IMG/VR virus record: IMGVR_UViG_3300024996_000140
Coordinates: 1 to 38,218 of that record
Strand: one strand, 5' to 3'
Origin: a virus
Lineage: Duplodnaviria > Caudoviricetes
DNA length: 38,218 nt
Shown: piece by piece, positions 8,039-18,055 of the stretch
Numbering within the stretch: the first letter of the stretch is position 1
Layout: each line of letters begins with the position of its first letter
Notes under the pieces: model-generated
Seen by the model: only the letters and a program-made list of their open reading frames with translations
Database searches by the model: none
What the model was told of the DNA's origin: nothing
Translations under genes and position numbers: made by a program

Positions 8039-9699
8039 CGAACGGTCACCACCCCTCCTGTGTCGGCGATCGCCTGCACCATGTAGTCGTTGGTGGGCCC
8101 GGCGTAGACGTCGGTCCACGTGTAGCCGGTGAGGCCGGTGACATCGACTGAGACGATGCGCACCCCGTCGCGGAAGATGTCCAGCCGCACCGGCGGCGGG
8201 TTCTCCAGATCGGAGCCCTGGAACGTGACCTGCATCTGCACGGCGGCGTCCGCCTCCAGCGGGGTCAGCCGCACATACGGGGGACGGGGGAACGCCAGCT
8301 GCATCCCCACCCGGAGCGTGGCCCACTCGGACCACAGCTTGCCGCCGGCCGTGGTTTGCCTGCGCACCTGGATGTGCTCGAACCCGGAGTCGTGAACACC
8401 GTTCGTTCCGGACACCCGCCAGTAGGCACCGTCCGGGGTGAACGTGAGGTCGTCTTCGATGATGCGGGTCTCGTCGGGGGCGCCGGCGTTGTCGGTGACC
8501 CGGCGGCCGTCGAACGCGGTCGCGTCCGCACCCATGTCGAGGGTGGCGATGTTCGCCGCCACCACCGTGTCGTTCACCGCTGGGGCGATGAACGTCGGCG
8601 GCGCCGGCGCCTCCCGCAGCCAGAAGAACGAAGACGGCGACCACTCCGACAGGTTGGAGAACGAGTCGGTGGATCGGGCCTGCACCTCGATCTGCGCCGG
8701 GGCGGTGAACCCGGCCGTGGGCACCGTCCAGTCGCCCGGCCCAACCCGCGCCGCATCGACCTCGGTCCAGGTTCCGGTGCCGGCCGGGGCGTAGCGCACA
8801 TCGACCTGCTGCATGTCGTTGCCCGGCCCGTAGTTCGACTCGATCGAAACGACCAGCGGCGCCGCGGCCGACACATCCGACCCGGAGACGGGGGCGGCGA
8901 TCGACGGCGGGGTCAGCATGCCCGGCCGCTGCAGCACGAAATTGTCCAGCGCCGAGGCGTACGACCCGGAGTCCGAGCCGCCCAAGCCGATGCCGTGCTT
9001 CGTGGCCTCCGAGTTGAAGCCATCGGTGACAGTGCGGGCCACGTCCAGCCCGTTCGGCTGATAAATCTGAATCGTGGCGTCCGACGTCGCCACCCGCAGG
9101 ATCTTGAACGCCGACACCGCCACGTTCGTCACGCCCGACACCACACCCGCGACGGACTTCTCCAGCATCAGATAGCGGTAGGAGCTGGTGCCCGAATACA
9201 GGTCCCGGGTCACCGACTGCGTGTAGGTGAACTCGACCATATGATCGAGGCCGTTCCACACGTGATCAACCCGGCGGGTCGGGATGCCGTGCTGGTAGTC
9301 GAAATACTCCGTCCAGTCCGGCAGCCTGATCGAGCCGCCCTCGGAGCGGGTGCGGTTGCCCCAGCCGGTGCCATACCAATCCCCGTAGTACGAGTACGAC
9401 TGGCTGTAGGCACGCTGCCGCAGCCTCCACCAGTTCGCCGTGTCCGACACCCGGAAATACAGTGCGTCCCCGCCGGCGAACCCGGTGTAGGCGTTGGCCT
9501 GCACATCGACGTCGCCGACACCGGCCTCCATCACCAGCATCGGATTGCTCGACACCGCCGCCGTCGTCTTCGCAGCCCCCGACGTGCGGGCCCACGCCCC
9601 GGCCAGCGCCGACCATGTCGCCCCGGTGGCGCCAACCGCCGAGCCGTTCAGATCCCCGGCGCCGGCGAAATCATCCGTGAACCGCAGCGTCGTCGTCAT
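8035..9699 (-). CDS. Minor tail protein with beta-rich/FN3-like domains (554 aa)
   Basis: Position in tail operon; EVQARSTDSFSNLSEWS, SEW motifs. Confidence 0.75.
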   Translation of the reverse strand: MTTTLRFTDDFAGAGDLNGSAVGATGATWSALAGAWARTSGAAKTTAAVSSNPMLVMEAGVGDVDVQANAYTGFAGGDALYFRVSDTANWWRLRQRAYSQSYSYYGDWYGTGWGNRTRSEGGSIRLPDWTEYFDYQHGIPTRRVDHVWNGLDHMVEFTYTQSVTRDLYSGTSSYRYLMLEKSVAGVVSGVTNVAVSAFKILRVATSDATIQIYQPNGLDVARTVTDGFNSEATKHGIGLGGSDSGSYASALDNFVLQRPGMLTPPSIAAPVSGSDVSAAAPLVVSIESNYGPGNDMQQVDVRYAPAGTGTWTEVDAARVGPGDWTVPTAGFTAPAQIEVQARSTDSFSNLSEWSPSSFFWLREAPAPPTFIAPAVNDTVVAANIATLDMGADATAFDGRRVTDNAGAPDETRIIEDDLTFTPDGAYWRVSGTNGVHDSGFEHIQVRRQTTAGGKLWSEWATLRVGMQLAFPRPPYVRLTPLEADAAVQMQVTFQGSDLENPPPVRLDIFRDGVRIVSVDVTGLTGYTWTDVYAGPTNDYMVQAIADTGGVVTVR

Positions 9700-9863
9700 A
9701 TGCGTGCCACCACCACAAGCTCACCCTCCACGGGCAGCACGATCACCGTCTGCCCGGCCGCGAGGGAGATCGTCGGCGACCCGGGCAGCCGGGCCGGCAC
9801 CGCTTTCGTCGCGGCCGGGGTGAGCACCGTCAACGGGCTGACGGTTGCGACAGTTGCGCGCAT
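9696..9863 (-). CDS. Small tail protein (55 aa)
   Basis: MRATVATVSPLTV...VVVARI; overlaps both neighbours. Confidence 0.65.
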   Translation of the reverse strand: MRATVATVSPLTVLTPAATKAVPARLPGSPTISLAAGQTVIVLPVEGELVVVARI

Positions 9864-10990
9864 CACACGACCTCCCACTCCATGGAGAACGGGCCCGTAT
9901 CGGGCATCGACCAGGAGCGGCCGCGCACCCGGCTCACACCGCCGGCGTCGATCCACTCGGCGATGTCGTCATGCCACAGCGCCAGGAAATCGCCGATCTT
10001 CGCCTTGATCACCGTGGTGCCGCGCATCTGCTTCAACGCCAGCTCGTCGCCGTGCAGCACCAAAGAGGCGTAATCCCAGGCGTCCAGGGCGACCGGCGGG
10101 GCCGGCACCACACCCAGGTACAGCTGCGACGACGGGCCCACATCCAGGTTGTCCTTGATGTACAGGGTGGAGCCGGCGACCGGCGGGCCGTAGAGGCCCC
10201 GCGAGTAGAAGAACCACCGGTTCGGGGCGCCCCACACATCCGTCGAGGTTGCATATTCCGGCTCGACGATGCCCTGCGCCGTGTCGCCCATCGTGAACGT
10301 CCACTCGATCTCCCGGGCCGTCACATCGGCCAGCTTCCGAGAGCGCAGCCGGCCGTCCCAATCCGCCCACAGCGGCTCGTGCGCGATCATGCCCAGCAGC
10401 TCGTTGGCCACTTTCAACCACGACGCGGGCTGATCCCCGGAGGCGCCCCGGATCGGGAACAGCGGCCACGACCTCGCGGCCGGCAGCGTCGCCGCCGCCG
10501 AATCCGCGTCGATCAACACCGGGGCGCCCACCCCAGAAGCAGCGATCACCGCGTTCACCGCATCGACGATCTTCGTTCCGGCCGGGATCGTGTAGGCGTC
10601 ACCCACCAGGCGCTGCAGCAGCGACAGCACATCCTTACCCGCCGCGTCGAACGTCACCAGGTCCACCCCGGACGGCTCGTCCGGCTTGTCGATCACATAC
10701 ACGCCCAGGTTCCAGCGGGTCGTGATGCCCGCCGCGGTCAGCAGCGCGTAGACGCGGACCCGGTCCACACCCCAGCGCAGCCGCCGCGAGATCCGCAGCC
10801 GCACCGCGCCATGCACATCGACCGTCATATTCCGCGACACCGTCAGCGACTCGACATCATCGGAGATGTCCTCGATCACCGTCAGATCCGGGCGCACCAG
10901 CTCCACACCGAACCGGATCGAGGTGCCGTCCGTGAGCAGCTGCCTGCGCACCGCGGCAGCGTCGTAGCCGTCGCGGGCCAGCGGCTGCAT
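9863..10990 (-). CDS. Minor tail (hub-like) protein (375 aa)
   Basis: Second gene after tape measure; LGVYV, LWADWDG, PNRW. Confidence 0.75.
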   Translation of the reverse strand: MQPLARDGYDAAAVRRQLLTDGTSIRFGVELVRPDLTVIEDISDDVESLTVSRNMTVDVHGAVRLRISRRLRWGVDRVRVYALLTAAGITTRWNLGVYVIDKPDEPSGVDLVTFDAAGKDVLSLLQRLVGDAYTIPAGTKIVDAVNAVIAASGVGAPVLIDADSAAATLPAARSWPLFPIRGASGDQPASWLKVANELLGMIAHEPLWADWDGRLRSRKLADVTAREIEWTFTMGDTAQGIVEPEYATSTDVWGAPNRWFFYSRGLYGPPVAGSTLYIKDNLDVGPSSQLYLGVVPAPPVALDAWDYASLVLHGDELALKQMRGTTVIKAKIGDFLALWHDDIAEWIDAGGVSRVRGRSWSMPDTGPFSMEWEVV

Positions 10991-11373
10991 CAGACCGCCT
11001 CCGAATGCGAGACCTCGAGCACGGTGAAGCTGATCCTCCACCGGTCATTCATGGCGTACGGCTCCTCGGACACCGTCGTGTAGGCGCCGAACATGCGGGC
11101 CCGGATGAACCGGCCCCGGAAACACAGATGCACCCCGACGTGGGCGTCGATCCAGTCCGCCTCCGCGGCGGTGGCCAGCGTGCAGTTCACCGTGAACGAG
11201 CGCTTCTTACCCGGGCGGCGGAAGATCCGAAGCCGCCCCGACTCCATCGCCCGCACATCCGCCGGCAGATCCACCGACTTCGGCACCTGATCCAACGTGG
11301 CCAGCTCGAGCCGGTCGGCCGGATCGTCCAGCGCGGTCATCCACAACGTGGGCAGCTTGAGGGTGGCGATCAC
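10990..11373 (-). CDS. Distal-tail-like minor tail protein (127 aa)
   Basis: GTG start overlaps tape measure stop; synteny. Confidence 0.65.
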   Translation of the reverse strand: MIATLKLPTLWMTALDDPADRLELATLDQVPKSVDLPADVRAMESGRLRIFRRPGKKRSFTVNCTLATAAEADWIDAHVGVHLCFRGRFIRARMFGAYTTVSEEPYAMNDRWRISFTVLEVSHSEAV

Positions 11374-14300
11374 CGCAGCGCCACCGTGCTGCCGCGCCGC
11401 TGCAGATCGGTGCGGGCGGCGTCCCACTCCACCAGCTCCACCCGGGCGGTACGCGCCATAGCGTCGGTGATCTCGCCGTCCCCGGCCAGGATCACCTTCG
11501 CGATGTACGCGGTCGGAGCGCTCGTGCTCGCCGCGCTGGCCTGTCCGACGTTGATGCCGCCGGGGCCGCCGGTGAGGATGCCGCGCATGCCCGCTATCGC
11601 GTCCTGGAGCGCCGGCGACCGGCGGCGCATGCCGGCGATCACCCCGTCCACGACCGGCACGCCGACCTCGCGGTTCATCACCCCGGACGGCGAGTTGATA
11701 TCCAGCGTCTTCTTGAACGCCGCGGTCATCGACTTGCCGAGCTCCTCCATCTTCGAGACCAGCGCCGCCTTGCGGGAGTCAAGGCCGGCGATCACCCCGT
11801 CCGCCGCCGAGACGCCTTGCCGCTTCATCTCGTCGGCGGTCAGGATCTCCACACCGCCGGACAGGTTCGCGATCGTGTCCTGTAGCTGCTGCTGCTCCGA
11901 GATCAGACCATCGACCACTGCCTGCGCGGCGTTGATCCCCGACCGGTACATCCACTCCGCAGACAGCGAGCCCATCTTCGTGCCCGTGCCGAACACCGCC
12001 GACTGCAGCGCGTTGATCTTCCGCAGCTCCGCGTCGGTCGCCGACGCCAGCGACGACGCCTGCGCGGCCGCGGCCGGGCCGGCGTCCATCATCTGCTGCC
12101 AGGTCGCCTGATTCAGACCGGAGGTGCGCAGCTTCTCCATGTCCTTCGAGAACTGCTCCTCGACGCGCAGCCGGTCCTCGAGCTGATTGATGATGCCCTC
12201 GGCGGACACCGCCATGCCCCAGCCGTCCGTGCCCTGCACCGAGGTCACCGACGCGAACTTCACCCAGGTCTGCGTCACCGCATCGACCCGCTGCCGGTAC
12301 TGCTCCATCACGGCGTTGAGCGCCGACTGGGCCTGCTCCAGCTCCTTCGTCACCTCGGTACGGCGGGTCATCGCCGTCGCCAGATACGTCTCCAGCGCCC
12401 CGACCCGGGACAGCGTCGCCGACGAAGCGCCCGCCGCCCGCATGTCCTTCTCCAGCTGCTGCATCTCGCGGTGCATCGCATCCACACTGTCGGTGAGCGA
12501 CGCCTCGAAATTGTCGATATCCGCGGTGAGGATCTTCAACCGCAACGATCCGAGCTGCCGCTGCGCCTCCGCCCCGAGATCGGCCAGCTCCTTGCGCAGC
12601 GCGTCCGCCTTCCGCGGATCCAGACCGTGCGCGAGCGCGTTCTCCAGAGAGCGCTGCGACCGGGCCAGCTGCGACTCGACCCCACGAATGCCGAACTCCG
12701 CGACGTCGAACGGCTTCTGCACCGACTTACCGATCCGGTCGAAGGTGCCCTCCACCGTGCGGGCCAGGGCCTCCTGCCGGGTCTGCTCCCGCCGCGCCGC
12801 ATCATCCGCGCTCTTCTGCGCGTCCTTCTGCGCCTTCTCGGCGGCCTTCTGCGCCGCCGACTTCCCGCCGCCCGACCCGCCGCCCGACCCGCCGCTCGAC
12901 GTGGACGCAGACGGGGTCACACCCAACGCGATCTTGTTGAACGCCGAGTCCGCCAACGCCGCCCACTCTGACGCCGACTGGCGCGCCATCCGCGGATCCT
13001 GCAGCTGCTCCATCAACGACAGCACCCGGGCCAGCACCGGGGTCGCGTTGTCCACCGCGTTCAGGCTGAACGTCTTGTCATCGATCCGGATGCCCTGGAT
13101 GAACCCCAGCTTGTCCGCGATCGCCTCAGCCGCCGGCACCGACATGCCCATGATCGTGGTGGCCATGGCCACGAACCCGGCGCGCTGCTGATCGGCCGCC
13201 GCCCGCGCCGCCGCGACCGCGCCCTCCAGATCGCCAGTGGCCGCGACATGACGGTAGGTGGCCTCCACAGCCGACAGGGCATCATCCCGGTACTGGCCCA
13301 TCGATGCGGCCAGGTCCCGGCCCGCCGCCGAGGTGAGATCCAGATCGCCCGCCGTGTCGAACAGGGCCTCGCCCGACTTCCGCGACGCCTCCTCGGCGTC
13401 ACGCATCCCGTCCGCCAGATCCTGCGCCGACGCGTACACATCCGAAACCGCCTGCGAGAACGCCACATCCACGCCCTGCGCCTCGAGAGCCGCCTGCGTG
13501 AACGACTTCACCGCGACCGTCGTCTTATCCCACTCCGCGGCCAGAGCCGACGCCCCGGAGCGCTCCTCGTCCTGCCACTGCGCCAGCTGAGACGCGTTCG
13601 CCGCCGCCAGCTCAGCCGCCGACGTCCGCTCCACCAGCGCCGCCCGCGCACCGTCCTGCGCATCCCGATACGTGCCCGCGGCGATCGCCGCCTGCACAGT
13701 CGAGGCCGCGTTCGCGCCGGTAGCTTCCGCGAGCGTCTTCTGCGAGTCCGACAGATTCGATGACGTGTTCTGCAATGCGTGCATCAACTCGTCGGTCTGC
13801 GAAATCGTAGAATTAGTGCCGTTGAACTGCGCGACGACGCTTTCGATTGGACCGCTGCTCAGTGCGGCGGTGCGGTCTTTGAACGCACCGAGCTTGCTCA
13901 GAACCGCGTCGAGTTCAGGCCCGCCGGCCTTCACAGCCGACACCATCTCGGTCACGCTCACACCGGCCTGCGTGAACGTGTCCCGGTACTTCGCCAGACT
14001 CGCAGCAATTGACGCATCCGAGTTCGCGATCAGCAAGCCGGTATTCTGATCGACCAGCGTGTTGACATCCAGGAGCATTGCGTGCTGCCTATCCCAGGCC
14101 GCCGTGAGCTGGTCTACCGCAACAATCGCCGCACCCAAGGCCGCGCCGCGAGACAGTACCCCAGTCAGGCCGCTCAGCCGCGTCTGCGCTGTGGCAGCGG
14201 CAGCCCCCATCTGGGAAAGCTCCACGCCCTGGGCGGCCGCGAGGCCGCGCTGCAGCGTCATCTCGTCACGGAACCCGCGCGCCGAGGACGCCAATGACTC

Positions 14301-15236
14301 GAAGACGCGCGATTGCTGGAACAGCTTGAACCCGGCCAAGGCCGCGACGGCCACCTTCACCGGACCCGGGATCGCATCCACGACGTCGATGACAACGCCG
14401 AGCGCGTCAGCGAGAGCGCCGAGGATCGGCACGAGATCCTCAGCGGCGAAGTTCGTCAGATCCGTCACGATCGGCAGCAACTTCTCACCGATCTCTGCCT
14501 GCGCATTCTGGAATTGAGCCGTGGCCGACTGCTGCGCGTTCGCCAGCTGGTCGATGTTCTTCACGAAGTCACCCGACGCCCGGGCGCCATCCTGATGGAT
14601 GATCGCAAGGGTCGCGGCGGCCTTCTCCTGAGCGGTGAGAGCCGAGGCGTTGGTCTTGCCGCTTTCTGCCATCGCCTCCTGCTGCACACGGGCGGCGGAG
14701 ATGTTCGGGATCACCTTCTGCAGCGCGTCGTACTCGCCGCGCATCGCGCCCGCGATGCGCTCGAGCACATCACCGGTCGTCAGGTTGTTGAAGCTCCCGA
14801 GGTCACCGGCGAGCTGCACGACGTCCTTCGACATGTCAACGACCCGGGCGCCAGTGAAGCCGATCTGCGCGAACATGTCACCGAAGGACGAACTCGCCTC
14901 GAGAGCGGCCTGCTCCGAGAGCCCCACCGACTTGTACGCGGTTTTGGCCCACGCATCCATCTCGGCGGCGCTTTCGTCGAAGATGACGCCAGACTTACCG
15001 ACCGACTGCTGCAGATCCGACGCCTGCTGAACCGAGTCCTTCACGAACTTGCCGAACCCGATCGCCGCGAGGGCGCCGGCGGCCATCTGCGCGCCCTTCT
15101 GGAACGCCTTGCCCATACGGTCGCCGGACCGCTCCATGTCGCCGGCGAGATCGGTCGCCGAGCGGCCGACTTTGTCGAACACCGGGGAGGCCTTATCGAC
15201 ACCAAAGATGGTCGCCTGCAACGACTTTGTAGCCAC
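11370..15236 (-). CDS. Tape measure protein (1288 aa)
   Basis: Longest ORF, Ala-rich helical; LDINSPS motif; follows the tail chaperone. Confidence 0.93.
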   Translation of the reverse strand: MATKSLQATIFGVDKASPVFDKVGRSATDLAGDMERSGDRMGKAFQKGAQMAAGALAAIGFGKFVKDSVQQASDLQQSVGKSGVIFDESAAEMDAWAKTAYKSVGLSEQAALEASSSFGDMFAQIGFTGARVVDMSKDVVQLAGDLGSFNNLTTGDVLERIAGAMRGEYDALQKVIPNISAARVQQEAMAESGKTNASALTAQEKAAATLAIIHQDGARASGDFVKNIDQLANAQQSATAQFQNAQAEIGEKLLPIVTDLTNFAAEDLVPILGALADALGVVIDVVDAIPGPVKVAVAALAGFKLFQQSRVFESLASSARGFRDEMTLQRGLAAAQGVELSQMGAAAATAQTRLSGLTGVLSRGAALGAAIVAVDQLTAAWDRQHAMLLDVNTLVDQNTGLLIANSDASIAASLAKYRDTFTQAGVSVTEMVSAVKAGGPELDAVLSKLGAFKDRTAALSSGPIESVVAQFNGTNSTISQTDELMHALQNTSSNLSDSQKTLAEATGANAASTVQAAIAAGTYRDAQDGARAALVERTSAAELAAANASQLAQWQDEERSGASALAAEWDKTTVAVKSFTQAALEAQGVDVAFSQAVSDVYASAQDLADGMRDAEEASRKSGEALFDTAGDLDLTSAAGRDLAASMGQYRDDALSAVEATYRHVAATGDLEGAVAAARAAADQQRAGFVAMATTIMGMSVPAAEAIADKLGFIQGIRIDDKTFSLNAVDNATPVLARVLSLMEQLQDPRMARQSASEWAALADSAFNKIALGVTPSASTSSGGSGGGSGGGKSAAQKAAEKAQKDAQKSADDAARREQTRQEALARTVEGTFDRIGKSVQKPFDVAEFGIRGVESQLARSQRSLENALAHGLDPRKADALRKELADLGAEAQRQLGSLRLKILTADIDNFEASLTDSVDAMHREMQQLEKDMRAAGASSATLSRVGALETYLATAMTRRTEVTKELEQAQSALNAVMEQYRQRVDAVTQTWVKFASVTSVQGTDGWGMAVSAEGIINQLEDRLRVEEQFSKDMEKLRTSGLNQATWQQMMDAGPAAAAQASSLASATDAELRKINALQSAVFGTGTKMGSLSAEWMYRSGINAAQAVVDGLISEQQQLQDTIANLSGGVEILTADEMKRQGVSAADGVIAGLDSRKAALVSKMEELGKSMTAAFKKTLDINSPSGVMNREVGVPVVDGVIAGMRRRSPALQDAIAGMRGILTGGPGGINVGQASAASTSAPTAYIAKVILAGDGEITDAMARTARVELVEWDAARTDLQRRGSTVALR

Positions 15237-15250
15237 AGCTCACCTCCAGA

Positions 15251-15497
15251 TCATCGGGACGGGTTCTTGCCGTAGGCGTCGGCGGCGTAGGCCAGGGCGT
15301 GGAAATCGTCCACCGCCATCTCCCACACGTTCATCGGGGTCAGACCCCCGTACAGGTGCAGCAGTGTCGGCAGCCGGGACAGGACAGCTAGTCGGATGTC
15401 TGCGAGGAGGGGCCAGCGATCCCCGGCGCCGGCGGCTGCTGCGGGGTGCCGCCGACGGTTGCCGGGCCGCCATCCGCCGGCGGCAGCGTAGGGTCCG
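15251..15497 (-). CDS. -1 frame extension of chaperone (gpT-like)
   Basis: Open -1 frame ...DIRLAVLSRLPTLLHLYGGLTPMNVWEMAVDDFHALAYAADAYGKNPSR*; start coordinate is the inferred shift site. Confidence 0.6.
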
Positions 15498-15882
15498 CCG
15501 CGTCGTCCTCGCCGGGCCGGGCGTCACCCGGGTCAGGCTCCACGCCGAGCCCCTCGAACGGGAAATCCGCGGCCTGCTCCACAGTGAGGACCGAGCCGTC
15601 CGGGGCGCGGTCGCCGGCGCGATGCCGGGCCATCCACACCAGCGCCCGGTAGGCCTCCATCAGATCCAGGCTCCGCGACATCGCCACCAGCACCTTGTCA
15701 TTCGGGATGCCGATCAGCCGGTCCAGCATGCCCAGCCCGGTGTAGACGCGCGCCAGGTCCATGCCGGTGACCCGCTTGAGCTCGATGGTCTCGTTCAAAG
15801 TCACCCGGGACAGATCCAGCACCCCGTCCAGCTCGTACGCCCGGTCCGCGCCGCCCTCACCGGTCGGCAGGATCAGCCTCAT
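15388..15882 (-). CDS. Tail assembly chaperone (gpG-like)
   Basis: Just upstream of tape measure; LNETIELKRVTG, ALVWMARHRAG. Confidence 0.75.
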   Translation of the reverse strand: MRLILPTGEGGADRAYELDGVLDLSRVTLNETIELKRVTGMDLARVYTGLGMLDRLIGIPNDKVLVAMSRSLDLMEAYRALVWMARHRAGDRAPDGSVLTVEQAADFPFEGLGVEPDPGDARPGEDDAADPTLPPADGGPATVGGTPQQPPAPGIAGPSSQTSD

Positions 15883-16364
15883 CTCGTCGCCTCCATCGCC
15901 TTATACGCGTCCTCGAGCGCTGACCACACGGCCTCGACCATTTCGTCCTCGTGCCGCTTGATCACCGACCCGAAGAACGGCCGGCCCGTCTGCACCACCC
16001 ACGTGTCCGCCCCGAACACGCGGTGCCGGAATGACACCTTGTTCTGCAGCCGCAACATCGGCTTGTGACCCTCCGGGATCTTCGCCGCGGTGCCCCGGAT
16101 CCGCACACCCTGCTGCCGCGTACCGGTGGCCACCGCCGTCGACAAACCCGCCGCGATACCGGCCCGCACACCGGTGCGGCCGCGGCCCGGCCCCGAGGCG
16201 ACGACCCGTTTCATGTCGTCGATCGTCTCGGCGCCGGCCTGCCGCAGCCGCCGCCGCGTCGCCGTCGCCAGCGACGGCTCGAACGTCTTCATCGCGGCCA
16301 TGAAGCCGCGGAACATGGCCGGGTCGAACTCGACCCGGAAGTCCGACTCGGCCACGCCCGTCAT
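15879..16364 (-). CDS. Tail completion-like (HK97 gp10-like) protein
   Basis: Basic; FRHRVFG...WVVQTGRPFF. Confidence 0.6.
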   Translation of the reverse strand: MTGVAESDFRVEFDPAMFRGFMAAMKTFEPSLATATRRRLRQAGAETIDDMKRVVASGPGRGRTGVRAGIAAGLSTAVATGTRQQGVRIRGTAAKIPEGHKPMLRLQNKVSFRHRVFGADTWVVQTGRPFFGSVIKRHEDEMVEAVWSALEDAYKAMEATR

Positions 16365-17371
16365 GCCGCCGCGACGGTGTTCTGCAGCAGCGCGTACGCG
16401 AACAGGTCCGCGTCGTCCTCGTACGCCGTGAACGAGAACTGCTGCGTGATCAACTCGCCCTTGTTCGAATTGGGCAGGTTCGAGTCCAGCGCGATCTTCG
16501 GCAGCACCAGCTGCAGCGCCTCATCCGTGCCGCCGGCGACCTCGAGGAGCAGCGCCAGCCCGGTGCCCGCCAGGGACGCGTCCCGCAGCGTCACCGCGTC
16601 GAACTCGGCGGTGAACTGGCCGGTGATCTTCCGCCGGCCGTACGGCGGCGCCGACAGGCGGGTGCCGCCCGACCCGAACACCGGCACGTTGTCCGGCAGG
16701 CCGTTGTCCAGCGTGATCGTCAGATCCCGCACGTTCGACGCCGCGGTGCCCCCAGTGGCCTTCGCCGTCGTCGTGGGCGGCACCACGGTGCCGCCGATCG
16801 CCAGCGACGCCGAGAAGAACGTCAGCAGCGTCGAATCGGCCGTGTAGGCGGGGGTGACGAACGCCGGCGCGGTGTCCATGTCCTTGCCCACCCACGACGA
16901 GGTGAGCTTCACGAACTCGCCGTTCGACGCGTCGAGCTTCAACTGGTTGCACATCATGCCCGTGAAGGTGTGCGACGCGATCGTGGCCGCGGACGAGCCG
17001 ATCGGCACACCCATCTGGATCGTGTACGACGGCGGCAGCCCGCCTGCCGCGCACGTCGCCAGATGGAAGTACGGGCCCGGCGCGGACCCGCCCGTTTCGA
17101 TCGCGCCGAACGCCGCCTCCAGGAGGATGCGGGTATCGACCGAGTCCGCCTCCAGCTCGATGTCACCCGACACGGTCAGGCTGCCCGGCACCCGGCCGGA
17201 AAAGCCCGGCCCGACCCGGCCTACCTTCATGCCCTCCGACTGCAGATAGTTGATCTGCTTCTGCAGCGGCGCCGCGGTGAACACCAGGTGCCGATCTACG
17301 GTCACGGCGGTGCCGTAGACCGTTTCCTTCTTGATGCCGATCGAGCAATCCGATGGCGCGAATGTCGTCAT
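16361..17371 (-). CDS. Major tail tube protein (336 aa)
   Basis: IGIKKETVYGTAV, PSYTIQMG, FTGMMCNQLKL. Confidence 0.85.
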   Translation of the reverse strand: MTTFAPSDCSIGIKKETVYGTAVTVDRHLVFTAAPLQKQINYLQSEGMKVGRVGPGFSGRVPGSLTVSGDIELEADSVDTRILLEAAFGAIETGGSAPGPYFHLATCAAGGLPPSYTIQMGVPIGSSAATIASHTFTGMMCNQLKLDASNGEFVKLTSSWVGKDMDTAPAFVTPAYTADSTLLTFFSASLAIGGTVVPPTTTAKATGGTAASNVRDLTITLDNGLPDNVPVFGSGGTRLSAPPYGRRKITGQFTAEFDAVTLRDASLAGTGLALLLEVAGGTDEALQLVLPKIALDSNLPNSNKGELITQQFSFTAYEDDADLFAYALLQNTVAAA

Positions 17372-17592
17372 TGCTTCCCCTTCTTTCCGGTCTTGGTCGC
17401 CGACTGGTCGGCCGGCGGATCAGCCGCGGCGTCACCGTCGGATGTCGCCGGCGGATCCGCCGGCACCTGCTGAAAGTTCGGGTTGCTCGAAAGCCAGCCC
17501 GCCTCGACGTCGCTGACCTCGACCGTGGCCCCGGCCGGGAACACCCGGCCCGCCACATCCAGGGCACGCCCCGACACATTGCGCATCAACAT
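17368..17592 (-). CDS. Small virion-region protein with low-complexity tail
   Basis: AGGAG RBS; GATVEVSD; overlaps tube gene start. Confidence 0.65.
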   Translation of the reverse strand: MLMRNVSGRALDVAGRVFPAGATVEVSDVEAGWLSSNPNFQQVPADPPATSDGDAAADPPADQSATKTGKKGKQ

Positions 17593-17602
17593 TTCGCGAC
17601 TC

Positions 17603-18055
17603 CTAGTTCCTCACACGGTTTTTCGCTTCGAAAGTGGCCAGCACCTCAACAGTGCGTCCCTGCCCGGTGTCATCCGAGAACGGCGCCGAATCCAGCTCGT
17701 GCCCGGTCAAAAGGCAGCTCTGCACCAGGCCGCCGAGCGTCTGATCCACCATGCGGGTGTGATGCTCGACCGCGTCCAGCAGCTCGTAGGCGCGGGCCGA
17801 CGCGATCTCCTCCTGCTCCTGACCACCCGGCCGGAACACCGAGATCAACACCTCAACCGTGATCGTCTCGACGCGTTGCCGCTGCGGGCCCATCGGGCCC
17901 GGCTCCAGGCCCACCACCACCCGGCCCACCGAGACGATGTCCGCCGAGGTCTGGGGCCACGGATAGCCCACCTCGACCTGCACCGCGGTGTCAGCGATCG
18001 CCGTGACCATCATCGACTTGAACGCCGTACGGACCGCGCCGGCCGCGGTGGCCAT
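17603..18055 (-). CDS. Tail terminator-like protein (150 aa)
   Basis: MATAAGAVR...DQTLGGLV; start overlaps adaptor stop. Confidence 0.65.
   Translation of the reverse strand: MATAAGAVRTAFKSMMVTAIADTAVQVEVGYPWPQTSADIVSVGRVVVGLEPGPMGPQRQRVETITVEVLISVFRPGGQEQEEIASARAYELLDAVEHHTRMVDQTLGGLVQSCLLTGHELDSAPFSDDTGQGRTVEVLATFEAKNRVRN

Noticed and set aside
13700-14200. More AT-rich patch in tape measure as an intein or insertion
   Set aside because: Frame intact and no intein motifs; ordinary mosaicism is sufficient
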